Source: Cirrosporium novae-zelandiae (taxonomy: Eukaryota). From it: a stretch of DNA of 64,000 nt. This document shows positions 40,598 to 54,299 of this stretch, one piece after another; within the stretch, counting starts at the first letter, position 1; the number at the start of each line of letters is the position of its first letter. The position numbers were made by a program, and so were the translations under genes. The stretch covers positions 1 to 64,000 of the forward strand of contig JAPETS010000006.1 of NCBI GenBank assembly GCA_026023565.1. Direction: 5' to 3'. Under the pieces are notes generated by a model that was not told where the DNA came from, did no database searches, and saw only the letters and a list, made by a program, of their open reading frames with translations.

Positions 40598-41256
40598 ATG
40601 TTTAAGAAAGAGTAGGTACAAATGCGTCGATTTAATTTCACATCTACTAATCTTCCTTACAGTATTACTGCTGGTGCAAAATCCAAAGTTAAATCATCTG
40701 TTGCAAGGGGTATTCGATCTAAAGTACTTGATACATATCCTCAGTTGGCGGAACACATTGAAGAGATTATACCAAAGAAGTCGCAGTTGGATTTGGTCAA
40801 GCTGTAAGAGCGATTTCTAGTTTTATTGATGATTCGATCTTGATTTACTAATATATCACGTATAGGCCAGATCGTGTTTCTCTCTATGTCTTGGATAACG
40901 AACCGCTGTTTTGGCAGCATATGGATGATCCTTTGATACCTCACCTTCGAGTTGTACATAGATTTCCTAATTGCTTCCCAAGGATACGTATTGATCGAGG
41001 CGCAATAAGATTCGTGCTTTCCGGGGCAACCCTTATGGTCCCAGGCTTGACATCTCCTGGTGGAAGATTACCCGAAAAGGATGACGAGCTCAAGGAAGGA
41101 GATGTTGTTGCAGTCGAGGCGGAAGGTAAAGAGGAAATATGCTTGGTTGGGAGGCTGAAGATGGGGACAGAGGAAATGAAGGAAAAAAAGAAAGGTGTGG
41201 CTATGGAAGGCGGACATTATCTAGGTGATGGGTTATGGAAGATGCCACTTGACTAA
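40598..41256 (+). CDS. TMA20: Translation machinery-associated protein Tma20/MCT-1 (PUA domain); 3 exons
   Basis: MFKK, KSKVKSSVARGIRSK, LIPHLRVVH, IDRGAIRFVLSGATLMVPGLTSPGG, HYLGDGLW. Confidence 0.95.
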
Positions 41257-41789
41257 GTCTGGCGGCTTCGGACAGATCATATCATGATTTGGTTGATATT
41301 ACTGCCATTTAGGTTGAACATACCAGCAGGGCCAAGTTTCGTCATGAGATTACAAGGTACGATCATATATAGAATCCGTCTACATGGAAGAAGCTCTTTG
41401 GTTTGACGACTGTCAACAGAAATCTCATCGAAAGTTCTGCATTGCAGCTATTAAGAGCAGCACGACAGGTTGCCATCAAAATCCTAGACAAATCAAAAAA
41501 CTAGATCATGATGGTTAATTGGAAGTTGTGCCTACAATTCTATTTATCGCACTTGAAGCATAGATTGAATGCAGCGTATATATACCAAATATATTACAAA
41601 AGTCATGTCAGAGCTCTAATGTCTTCTTCACCTGCCTTTGAAATTTATTTTATGTAATTATGGTATTTTGTAGTTGATGGGAGCTCTGGCTTACAACCTA
41701 CACCCGAAAACGGTAGGGGTCGTGCTAGACGGGATTGCCTGTGCTGCTACCACTTTGCTTCTCCTCTACTCTGTAGAGATGTAAACGTC

Positions 41790-44700
41790 ATGTACTGGCC
41801 ATATGGTGTGCCGCGCATCTACGCTCCTTCGAATATCCCCAAACAAGGCTTGGAATTGGAATCTGTTATTGAAGGTGCCGCAACAGAAGTCAATAGCAAT
41901 GTTTCTCCACCTGTTCATGACGACGGAACCATCGTCGGCCTTCGAGCTTCTAGGAGCGGACATGTGTTCGCAACAATTACAAAAACTAGTTTGACCGTTT
42001 GGCAGAGTAGAGTAAGTTTCAGTTCCTTTTCGATTACCTTCTTCTGACTGATGACTAGCCAACAGCTGTCCTAGCATCTTACTCACGGTCACCCGAATCC
42101 CTGGAAAAGTATGGAACCAATATCTCCCTCCTTCTAAAACCAGATTGCTCTATCATTGCCGTCCAAACCTCCGAAAGCTACCTTATTACCTTCAATGTTT
42201 CCGCGGATGTCGATTCGCGGGTATACCGCCAGGAGTTTGAGGAGGGCCGGCCGCACCGCCACGGCCGCCATGGTTCTACCGCTGAGGAGGATGGCATGGT
42301 CGAAGTCATAATTCGATTTCGTGTAATAATCAAAATTGATGCTGGAATCCGAAAGGTCGTTGCATTGGATGATGAACTCGTCGTCGCTACGACAAATCCA
42401 CCGGCAATACAATGCATTCGATGGAATCCAAATCATCAAGGGACACAAGCCAGCGCTGAAGTATCTCTCAAGCTCAGCCGGATACCGTGGATCTCAAAAG
42501 ATACAGTGGTAGTGGATATGGTGCATGACAAAGCTATGAATCTTGCGATATGGATTACTAATGATGGCAAAGCATATGCTGTCCAACGCGTGCTCCCTTC
42601 TATGGAAGATCAAAAGGGACCGAAGAGGCTATTTCGCGGATACTGTTTCCACAATCCCAAAGATGATACAGAATATGCTACCAAGGCCGCAGTTAATGCA
42701 AGGTTCTCGTTGCTAGCAATAGGCTGTGCCAATGGATCCATACAAGTCTATACAGCAAAAGATTATGTTGGTAGCATTCCCCTTTCTCATTCACTCCAGA
42801 CCTCAGGCTCTACATGGAAAACGGGAGGAATTACCCTCTTGACTTATTCTCCTGATGGATACTGCTTGTTTGCGGGTTTCAACGAGGGCTGGATGACTTG
42901 GTCCACATATGGTAAAATCGGCGGAAGTAGTTTCACCCAAGACGCTTCACCTTCGGATGAGAACGAAGAGCTCTGGCTCAGAGGCATTCGAGACGGTATA
43001 TGGATGACCAATGGCTCACAACTTCTACTTCTTGGAAAAAATGACGAGAGACTATGGCTCCTCGAATTTTTGCACAGTGCTATGACAGGATGCCTTTCCT
43101 CGGGAAACCTTTCCCGTACTATGCTCCAGAGTAGCTCTGGGCTGATGATCTACCGTGGATACGATCTTCCAGACCTGACAACTATTTCAGGGGAGTCCTC
43201 CTTATGGCATCATGCCCAATATCCAACTTCATATCTAAATCGTCAATGGCCGATTAGGACCACTGTTATATCCCCCGATGGTAGATATGTCGCAATCGCT
43301 GGCCGACGAGGCCTAGCGCATTATAGCATTCACAGCGGACGATGGAAGACTTTCGATGACCCCTTCGTCGAGAATTCCTTCGCCGTCCGTGGAGGCATGT
43401 GCTGGTATCAACATGTTCTTATCGCCGCGACAGAGTCTGATCAATGCTATGAAGTTAGGCCCCTACTAATAATTATAATTTAACGGATCGCTTATTTTAA
43501 CAGGTACGCCTCTATTCTCGGGAACTCCACTTGGATGATTCTTCAATCACATATTCTGAAATTCTTCCAGCGCCTGCTGTCACAATCGCATCCTCCGGCG
43601 AAGATTCTTTACTGGTGTACACTTACGAGAATATTCTATACCACTATGTTATCGCCCCTACTGCAGGCGGCATATGCCTCGTTCAGGTTGGTCAGATTGC
43701 ATTTCACGGCATTATTAGGTCACCAACCCGAGTCAGATCTGTAAGTTGGATATTGCCTGACAATCAACTACGTAAGTTTTAGGAAACAAATAATGGAATC
43801 ATGACTTACGACAAATTAGGAGACGGCGATCCCTCCCAAGATGTTTCAGTAGCATCAAGTCTTTTTCTCGTAGATGCAAAGCTTGTATTACTTCGTCCTT
43901 CTCGAACAGATAGTGGCGCTCTCAAGTACGATATGCGGGTAGTTGCTCAAAACGTGGAGTATTTTGTCTTAATGCGGGACCAACTATCTTTCAATTTTCT
44001 AGCTGCTAATGGGGAGAATCCAGATAGTCCAGCTACTGAACTTGGATTAAACAATTACCGCTACAACCATCCGATCAGAGACTCTCTTTGGGTGTTTGAT
44101 GGACAAGATCTCCGGATGTGGACTGATATACAAGATGTACTTCGGTTAAATCCAGAACAGGCCCCGGTGGATGCATCGTCTCCTATTCAAGTTCCTGTGG
44201 ATTTCTACCCTCTTTCGATTATGTTGAACAAAGGCATAGTTTTGGGCATTGAGCCTGAGTTGGTTCGGAGGCGAGATTTCAAATTTCCTTACTTTCGCAT
44301 CTCGATTAGAGTAAGCGCCAATTGGCATTTTGACCAACTTCAATGGCTAACCTAGTACAGTCGCACCTTTTTCTTCCAAACGTACTTCGACATCACCTTT
44401 CCCAAGGCGACGCATCTGCTGCTCTGCATCTTTCGCACTATTATGAGCAACTTTCATACTTTCCCCATGCCCTAGAGATCCTCCTACATGATGTACTTGA
44501 TGAGGAGGTGGATCGTTCGCCTTCTTCCGAAGGCAGCACACTTCCGTCCATAATATCCTTTCTTTCCACGTTCCCTCAGTACCTTGACGTTGTGGTCCAA
44601 TGCACTCGTAAAACGGAGGTACGGTCTTGGCGTACGTTGTTTGCCTATCTTCCTCCACCACAGGAGCTCTTTGAGCAATCCTTGCAACGAGGGTCTCTGA

Positions 44701-45080
44701 AGACGGCGGGTGGGTATCTTATTGTTTTACATACATTTGAAGAGCTGGGCTCGAGTTCGCAACAACTCATCAAGCTTCTACGAAGAGCTAAGAAGGCAGG
44801 CGACTGGGATCTATGCAAAGAGCTTGCGCGCTTCCTTATTGCTCTAGACGAGACGGGATCTACCCTTAGGGAAGCTCTCGATGCAGTGGATTTCAGTGAC
44901 TCGTCGAGCGAGGATGGATTGGGAATTTCAGGGGTCAGTAGGAATGGTAGATTGGGATCTGACTTGACTATTACTGGTCCTATGAGTGGATTGAGTGGGA
45001 GTAGCGGAAGTCCTCAAAGTTTTGGAAGCTCTGAGAATGCTGGAACGAGTGCAGAGGACTATTTTTCGTCGATGGATTAA
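41790..45080 (+). CDS. RIC1: RIC1, subunit of the Ric1-Rgp1 GEF for Rab6/Ypt6; 5 exons
   Basis: MYWPYGVPRIY start, beta-propeller region, ISPDGRYVAIAGRRGLAHYS, VDFYPLSIML, LSYFPHALEILLH, VVQCTRKTEVRSW, DWDLCKELARFL. Confidence 0.93.
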
Positions 45081-46614
45081 TTGATTGATACGCAGCAGCA
45101 GTAGGTCTTATCGATAATGACACACAGTAGACTATTGCTTAGATACGGAATGAATCGGCAATTAGAATAATTATTTCGGCCCAACCCATGGTACATGTAT
45201 AGCCTAAAGAATTTAGTACATGGCCATTACTTGTTATGACTAGAATTAACAGTGCGAGGTATAGGCGATATATTACCTTACGTCGACTTGGAGTGAAATT
45301 GGGGGGTTTGGGAAGAGGAGGGCACATGGAGGGGTTTGCGCATACCTATTTAAGAAAGAAAGTGCATTACGATTAAAGTAAAGTGGTTATGTAGTTAAGA
45401 GGTACCTAACAAGGTATCTAGTGTTTGTTGGTATTCAGCCGCAAACCCGAAAGTGACGTTCGTTTGTTTTTAAATTACAATTACAGAGAGAAAAAAAACA
45501 TGGGTGAATGACCAATACACTCTCTATCTAGCAGTACGCTAGGGCTAAAAAAAAGAACCCCGCAATTGTGATGCGGTTCAATGAGAAGACTGAGGAGTAA
45601 TCTTTTATGTTTTTATTTTTTTTCAAATTTTTTTGATTGTTTTTATTTTTTCGCAAGGGATTATTTAAAATTACACGAAATACAAGGAATGGTAATTTTT
45701 GAAGCTCGGTAGGAAGAAAAAGGTCCCGTCTAGTCACTGAACCCTCCTTTCTCACTCATTCACACAAGGAGGTCAGATGGAAGGGGAAAAAAGGAAGAAA
45801 GTAATATTTAAGTAAACTTGGGGGGAAGGGAAGGAAGGGGAACACCCACCAACCCACCACCGGAACAAGCCGCTACAGTGCGAGTTTGCGATTTGCTTCT
45901 CCAAAAATACAAATTTTGTTACCTGTGTGCCAGTCTAGGTCTTTTTTATTTTACCATTTACCACCACCCTCCAAGAACCACATCCGCTTCATCCCAATTT
46001 TCTTCACGTCGCACCTTAGTTCCTCAGTTTTCCTTGTTTCGTCTATTCTCCCTCTTCCTCGTCTGATATTTTCCCATCCCCCACTTTCTATCACGGCCTT
46101 CATCCCACCGCTTTACCTTAACGCCTTTACGAGCTTTATTGGGAAAGCGGCCTGACTTGCCTCAGGTTTCCGCACTCTTCACCCTCATTCTTTCCAAATC
46201 CCACATCTTTTACCTAGGCGCCTGAACAACAACTTGAATTCCGACATCCAATTTCACACTCAGTTGTTGACACCACAAGTCCATTGAGTTTTGGCCGCGA
46301 TACTCAACCCTTCTGCTCTTCGCCTGAAGGTAGTGGTTGAACCTTTTGCCCCCACCTTGTCGCTTTCATTCCCCGAACCTTCCTCCAAATCCTTGTGATA
46401 ACCTAGTGAATATCCTAGATTATATCTAGTTATACCCCTAGCAGTCTTATACAAAAGACACCTGGAGACCGTTTGGAAAAAGAACTCTCGCAGTCATTTC
46501 ACGTGCCAACCGACGGTAGTCAAGTTCTCATCCTTTTTAGAGGGCAATCAGAGATTGCCAAGGAAAAGTACCGTTTATCTACTCTTTATCCCATCATAGC
46601 CAGTCTTCTTTCTC

Positions 46615-46638
46615 ATGGAAGTACATCTGGCACAATAA
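46615..46638 (+). promoter_or_regulatory. Candidate short uORF (MEVHLAQ*) upstream of the LARP1-like gene
   Basis: The only ATG between 45780 and the main start at 46762. The transcription start is unknown. Confidence 0.4.
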
Positions 46639-46761
46639 ATATCTTGTTGTCGCCAAGTGGGGTTGCTGTTCCCCATCTTTGAGTTCACCTCAAATATTTG
46701 AGCTCTCTTGTTGAGCTTCTCTCACAACCTTCCCACCGAATTCCGATAAACAGAATACAAA

Positions 46762-49700
46762 ATGTCGACCGCAACACCAAGGCCATTCACAGAGCCTACC
46801 ACTGCTCCGCCCGTATTCTCGTACGCTCAAGCTGCAAAAGGTCAAGCCCTTGCAACTACTTCCCCTCTCCCCTCGAAGCAAGGGTCGCGAAAGCCTTCAG
46901 TACAGCTGGAGGCAGCTGAAGTGGGGGTGAACACAAATGAGTCCAAGGTTGGGTCGTTAAAAGAAGATACAACCAACAAGATGGAGTCAACACTTGATAA
47001 GGTGCCGATCATACGGGCCGATCTAACCAAAGGTCCAGGACCAGGGCTTACTGCGAAAGAGCTTGATAAAGTCCCCAAGGCCAACCAGACTGTGTCTAGT
47101 GTGTCTAGTGATGGGCATCCTTCCCCAAGTTTTGCCTCCACATCCACATCTATGCTACCCAAAGAGGATGATATTCCTAGCATTACAAATGGCTGCTGTG
47201 GATCCACATCTGATAGACAATCGGAACGCTCAATCACTGGGAGTGCCGATAAAGATAACGATCAAGCACAAGACAACAACTGGGAGGCAGTCAAGGAACT
47301 TAAGGCTGCGCCGATACCTGCTGTGAACATTTGGGAAAAGCGAAAAGAAGCACAGGCTGCAAAGCAAGCCAGTCTTCAATCCAACTCGGGGGCTGGAGGT
47401 CGAGGTACATCCGAAAGACAAAATAGTGGGGTGCTTGTCAACGGGTCTGCAAACCAAAGAAAGGAGGGCCCAAAGAGAAATAGTGGTCCTTTGGAAAGTA
47501 TAGCTTATAATGGGCCAACGCAGACTAAGGAAAAGAAAAGGACGGTGGAGATTGGCGTAAAAAGCCGCGATGGAAACGTGAGAAAGGTTGGTCCTCGGCC
47601 AGATAGATTGCCTGAAAATGAGAGGGCTACCCCTCAAACTGTTGCTCCACCGCCAGTAAATGACTCTGCTTCTTGGCCAACACCCGAAACTGCAAATGAT
47701 GTTGAGAAGAAAAAGGCCATTGAGAAGAGCGAGAAAAACGAACCGGAAGAGACTAAACAAGAGACCAAACCGCATAGCAAGGAGAAATGGAAGAAAATGG
47801 CATATGTTCCTACTGCCGTTTTCACTACTCCTCTTCCCACGTCTGCGAGGAGAGGTGGAAGGGCTGCGCGAGGAGGTAGGGAAGGCACCGGACGTGGTGC
47901 TAGCCATCCATTGAATGGAAATGCTGGGGATAGGACTGCCGTTATGTCAGCCAATCCGGAAACCACAACGGTTAAATCAACGGAATCAAAAGACATACCA
48001 AAGGCTGGGTCTACTCCACGAGACACTTCCATACCGACAAGGTCTCGCAGAGCTAATAGCGCAAGTATGCTTCCCACTGCTGAACAACCTGAACATCCCT
48101 CTGCTTTTGGGAGGCGTAGACAGGATTACAATGCGAGACAGGGCAACAGGAGCGAAACAATATCAAATTCTCGTCGCCCGCCTGTGGCATATCGGGGTGA
48201 TGCTTCAAAATCACGACAGGATTCTCGATCCTTTGGTCGTGGAGCGGAAGAAAGCACACAAACTCTGAACCACAGAGCCTCAGAACCAGAGATGTCCAGT
48301 GAAAGTCATGCGCACCCCAGAAGCGGTTATGAGCGAAAGAGCGAGACATCTATTCGCTCCCCCGAGCAATTCCGAGAAAACACATATCCGTCTTTCCGAG
48401 GTGGTATGGATGGAAGGCCCGAGCGTGGCAGAGGTGGGTACCGCTCCAGAAATGGGGGATACGCAGGTTCACAGTCAGTTTCAAACCATATCACCAATGG
48501 TCAGTCTGGCGGTAACCCCGGATATCAAACTACAAAACCATATTCCTCCAGTGATCGTCAGAACAACCAACATGGTGGTCCGTCTTCACAGTCGTGGAGA
48601 AGTTCGCGTGTACCAGGTCGGGCTCAATCTATCCCTAATGGCAGTGCCTATGGTCGCTACGCAGGAGATATGCCTGTGGGATCGCAGCATGCGCCCCCAC
48701 AGATGGATGTCCATCCCTCTTATGAATATCCAATGTACCCTGGCATTATGAACTCAATGCCGTATCAGCCTTTTCTAGATCGTTTCGCGTCAATGGGGTT
48801 GGTGGAAATGCAACTGTGAGATTCTCCTTCATTGAACCTCAAAATATACTAATATATACTGTTTAGAAACTACTACTTCTCCATAGAGAATCTTTGTAAA
48901 GATACGTTCTTGCGTAAGCACATGGATTCACAAGGCTTTGTGTTTATGAGTGTCATTGCAAACTTCAACCGTATGATATTGCTTACTCGTGATGAAGAGG
49001 TTATCAAACGGGCAGCATTGCAATCAAAGGAAGCCGAGATTGTTGTTGGATCTGAGGATGGGATCTTTAGACTGAGGAGAAGACATGATTGGAAAATTTG
49101 GGTTCTCGATATGAAGGAACGCCACCCATCAGCGCAGAATGCTGGACCTGCAAAGATTCATCGAGTTTTTTTATCACAGCCTGCGAAAATAATAACCGAC
49201 CAACATCTCATGACTACGGCTACATCGCCACTTGAGAACGCAATGTCGCCGAAGACGGCACCGGTGGATTCTTCATTTCACTTACCCCACTCAACCATAG
49301 CAGCCATACCACCTTTCATTCCTCCAACAGGAATAAATGGCGCGGTAGCTGATCCACAAATGATGCAAGCTCCATATTCTGCTACTGCTGCTGAATATCC
49401 TATTGGAAGCTTTGCTGTCAACGGAGATCACAAGCACATATCTCCTATTCGGCCTTTGGAAGAGAAAAATTTCACAGATCAACAAGTTGACAGCTTAATG
49501 TTGATTGTGAAGGATCAGCAGAACAGCACAGTGCCTGGTCATCAAAGCAACGCGCAAGGTCTTTCCAATGGCAATGATGCTCCTCCAAAGATGCCTGAGG
49601 TGACTGAGAGCTTGAACGGTACAACCCATCTACCTTCGGCTAGCGTCAATGCTGAGTATGATCAGTAAGTATGTCCAGGTGCACGCCAACAAGCTCTTCG

Positions 49701-50277
49701 GAACTTACTGATGTCGTTCGAAAGTACATCAAAAGCCCTGAATCCTGTGACTCTTGACCCGGCTTTCGGACCAATCAATGCATCTTCTACTCTTTTCTGG
49801 GTTAAAGACAGAGATAGTCCAATCACTTGTCTTCCTCTCAATTCTCAACAAGTATCATACAGTTTTTTTCGAAACAAGGCTATTGAGCAGCGCGAGCACT
49901 GTGCGCCTGGCGAATATCCAAATAACATGAATCTTCTTTATCAATTCTGGTCTCATTTTCTAGTCCAAAACTTCAACTCACGTATGTATCATGAATTTCG
50001 GCGTCTAGCACTAGAAGATTTCTATCAACATGAATCTAAGCAAGGAATGACGAGCCTCAAGCAGTTTTACAACGCTACTCTTGCAAATTGCCGTCTCATT
50101 CCTGATGAAATTGCAAGTGATCTGGTGGAACTTGTTAGGGAAGAAAGCACTGAGGCTGAGAGACCTATGTTTCACAATTTGCGGCTGGCCTGGAGGAATG
50201 GTGCATTTAATATGAAGAACCGGAAAAAGATCGCTAATTTGCTCGACCACGATCTAAAAGCAGAGCTTGAACGTTAG
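46762..50277 (+). CDS. La-related protein LARP1/Sro9/Slf1-like (La motif + DM15-like C-terminus); 3 exons
   Basis: QL|NYYFSIENLCKDTFLRKHMDSQGFV..IANFNRM is the La motif. RGG-rich disordered N-half. MNLLYQFWSHFLVQNFNSRMYHEFRRLALED is DM15-like. Confidence 0.92.
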
Positions 50278-51793
50278 CGATTATTCGCTCAATCATTTCT
50301 TATAGAGCTGCTCCTCCTCCTCGTTAATTTACGCATCTAATTATCTGCCGCCTGCACCCCGTGAATATCCAACACACGGCTACTTCTTTCACTAAATGGT
50401 CTTCGCCCTGTTATTGCATTGCCCAACAATCGTAAAAGGGTCGCACCTATGTTTAGGATGAGAATATTCGCAGAGGGGCACGTCTCCAAACGACTGTTGG
50501 TTTCTATGAAGCCGTCTCGGCATGGCAATTCTCTTTCTGGTGACTCTGCTGGCATGCATGAAAAGGATCCTACACTTTCTTCCTATACCTTGATAGACCT
50601 CGATTCCCCTGATATTTTACGGCGCTCTGAGAAAGAAACTAGGCTTGGAGAGTTTGAAAATGGGTTTCAATTTTTCTTTTTCACGGCATCAGTTTTTCAA
50701 TCAAAAATCCGGACTCTTGTTATCATTGTTGGGGAGCATCGAATTAAAATTCTACGAAAATTGTGCAATGAATTATTATTTTTTTCTTATTACGGTCAGT
50801 TCTTGATGTTAGTATGATAGTTTCAATCGCTTTTCTCTTCATCATTCTAGCATAGCGGGTCTATATCGCTTGCTTAACGCATATTTGGAGGCGTTTGTGG
50901 ACCGCCCCCCCCCCCCGTCCAACGAAGAATTCAAAAATCCGAGAAAAAGGAACAAGAGGAAGAAAAGGAAAGGAAGGCCCTATCTATCAACTCTAGTAAC
51001 ACTCTACAAGCAGGGTCGGAAATGCAAATGCCCTCATGCTTGGCCGGATGTTGACTGTTGGCTTTCCTCACCAATTTTCTCTAGGTAGCTTTGTTTAATT
51101 CCTCCCTCTGTTGATCAGTACTTGAGACAAAACTAAAGAAACCACACAAAAGCAAATTGCGTACATAATAAAAGCAAAGAAAGATAAAAATACAAAATAG
51201 TCGAGGCATTCGTGGCCTCCACTGTCTGGTAAATGAAGAATTATTATTTTCCTGGTTGAAGAATCCGATTAATAACCTTGGAGCTATAGAGGGTTAGATG
51301 GGGTGGATGAAACATTGGTGACTATCGTAGGCTGATCAACAAGGAATACGACGGTTCAAGGGACCTCGGGTAGTCGGGTATGTGTACCTCAACCAAGAGG
51401 ATTTTTTCCTAATTGCATATTAATAAGAGGGTGGTGCCACTGCAATCTCTTAATACTCATTAGCGACAGACTCACTTTTTGGCGACGATGAGTTCTTTGG
51501 ACGTTATTGAAGTAGCCAAGGCAGCCTGGTCAGAAGGATCAGAAGGATGCCAAAATTATGACCCGCCTAAGGGTATTTTGACTATTAAAATGAACCTTTG
51601 TCCAACAAAAAGAGTCTTGCTGTCGTTGCTAGAAAGATTGTTTGAACACTTTCTACTTTATCTCCCTTTTCAATTCTATCGTTTTGTTGTTGTTGTTGTC
51701 GTTCTACTTCACACGCTCCTTTAAATCGAGTCTTCTAGCAGTGCAGAAGATCGTCAACTAGACCGCATTTTATTTTGCCCACTTCAATTCGAG

Positions 51794-54061
51794 ATGATAT
51801 ATTTTTCGAATATACTTACTTTCATAGGAACGCTAGCCGTCCTGTGTAGGGGTGTGAAATCTGCCACCCCAGCTGAATGGCGCGACCGGTCCATTTATCA
51901 GGTCCTCACAGACAGATTTGCACGGACCGACAACTCTACCACGGCGTCGTGCCCGTTGGGATATGAGGGCTTTTGTGGTGGGACATGGACAGGTTTGACA
52001 GCAAATCTTGATTATATCCAGGTAAACTTTTACCGGGCTTTGAATGGAGCATGTCATGAATAGAAAGAACTAAAACTCACTTAGGGGATGGGCTTTGATG
52101 CCATTTGGATATCCCCAGTTGTTGAACAAATTGATGTCCCGTCGAGGGCATACCATGGTTATTCCGCAAAGGATATCTACTCGTTGAATAACAATTTCGG
52201 GACTGCAGATGATTTCAAGGCATTATCATCAACACTACACTCTCGTGGGATGGTAAGGGCACTATTTAAAACTGTTGAATTAGATTCGTTCTTAAGACTA
52301 CCATTTTAATGTCCTTGTTCTCGTTAATAATTTGGGTGTCTATAGTATCTCATGGTTGATGTCGCACCAAACCATTTTGCTTGGGATGGTACTGCAGAAA
52401 CCACCAACTATAGCACACTGAATCCGTTTTCCAACGAGAGTTATTTCCATCCAATCTGTTGGATCACAGACGAAAGTAATCAAACAGAGGTAGAAGATGT
52501 GAGAACCCAATTCTCCCGAAGAAGTTTTATTCACTGATAGGGCTTTCAAGTGCTGGTTGGGCACCGACGCCTATCCACTACCAGACGTCAACACCACAGA
52601 GTCAACTGTGCGAGATATGTATAACACTTGGATAGAATATATGATCTCCACTTATTCAAGTAAGCGCAAATTCATCAGCCATAACCCTGAGTCGCTATCA
52701 CCCCCTGATTTGATCTGCTAATGAAAGAGTGTACCTTGCACAGTTGACGGGATACGCATCGACTCAGTTAAGAATGTCGAAAAGGACTTCTGGCCCGGCT
52801 TCAACTCCGCAGCAGATGTATATGTCGTTGGAGAGGCCTCCGACGGCGACGTAGAGCTTGCATGCGACTACCAAAATTACATGGACGGCATCTTGGGATA
52901 CCCAATGTATTACCCCCTCCCCTCCCTATTTCTTTTCTTTCTCTTTTTCAACGAACCTAGCCACCAACAGAGAAAAAAAATTCAAAGCTGACAAAAGGAC
53001 CCCTTGTTTCTGTTTGTTTTTGCGTAGATATTACATGGCAACAGAATTTTTCACGAATTCCTCCAAAAGCGCAGACAATCTTGTAAATGAGCTGAACTAC
53101 CTCGACTACAAATGCAAAGACACGACGCTGATGGCACCGTTCTCCGAAAATCATGACCAGCCCCGCTTTGCCTCTTATACCGATGACATGGTCGTATGTT
53201 ACGTCCTTATCCAAAAAACCCCGCCCTAGTAGATAAATCATAAATGTTTGATAGTTGGATGGATATATATATATATACTCACATTATCGTTTACCCAACA
53301 GCTTGCCAAGAACATCATTGCCTTCACCATGCTCTCCGACGGTATTCCCATAAGTACGTATCACCAAAAAACCTACCCACCGACTAGCCAGCTAGTCTCT
53401 ACCCTCTCTGCACTCCTCTTTTTCCTATATAAAGATCCACCATCTAACACTTCCCGCCCCTCCCCTCCCACCTCAGTCTACCAAGGCCAAGAACAACACT
53501 ACAACGGCACCGACGACCCTTACGACCGCGAAGCACTCTGGCTCTCCTCCTACAACACCACCGCCCCCCTCTATCAATTCATAAAATCCCTCAACGCCAT
53601 CCGCCAACTCGCAATCGCAAAATCTTCCTCCTCCTCTTATCTCACCTCCCATAGCAAAATCATCCACAACGACACCAACACCATTGCTATCCGAAAGGGC
53701 AGCGAGCCGGGTGGGTCTATGGTTTTGATGGTTGTGAATAATCGGGGGCAGGAAGCGGAGCGTTATAATATTGAGGTGGCGGATGTTGGGTTTGAAGTCG
53801 GGGTGAGGGTTTTGGATGTTTTGGCGTGTGGGGAGGGGGTTGTTGTGGGGAGTGGAGGGGGGTTGAACGTTACGGTTTTGGGGGGAATGCCCGCGGTAAG
53901 TAACTACCCTTTGGAACTCGTTTGGTTTGTGTTGTTTTTTTTCTGCCGCGTGCTTCGTTCACTACTTGAGAACTAACTCTTTTTTTCCCCTCCTTCTCTC
54001 CTGTATATAGGTCTACTACCCATACTCCCTTCTAAGCAATACCGGCTGGTGCGGTCTCTGA
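51794..54061 (+). CDS. Secreted alpha-amylase, GH13_1 (Taka-amylase-like); 9 exons; no CBM20 or GPI tail
   Basis: Signal peptide, then [49 protein letters not shown] (nucleophile D), VVGEASD (acid/base E), [21 protein letters not shown]. Confidence 0.95.
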
Positions 54062-54299
54062 GGAAGTCGACCCCAACAAATCTAAACTCGGATACACAGA
54101 TTCTATGGGTATAGTTAACTCAGGTATGTTTCAGAAGAATAAATCATATTTTTTGTTTTTTGTTTTTAGTAAAAAATTTTTAAAAACTTAATAGTCCAAT
54201 AAAACCTGAAATCGATTACTGGTTAATTGATTGATTCGTAAAGTGGCCTTCACTAGCTTTGTTTGTTTATTTTTGGTTTTTTGTTCTTTTCGTTATGTA

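Noticed and set aside
47230..48077. Long antisense ORFs (225 and 147 aa) over the LARP1-like gene
   Set aside because: Shadow ORFs opposite a well-supported CDS, with no independent features.
50790..50846. ATGATGA...CTGA pair on the minus strand resembling C/D snoRNA boxes
   Set aside because: Too short, with no terminal stem or recognisable rRNA guide; antisense to a probable 3'UTR.
51000..51793. AmyR site upstream of the alpha-amylase
   Set aside because: CGG triplets are present, but none with the CGG-N8-(C/A)GG spacing.
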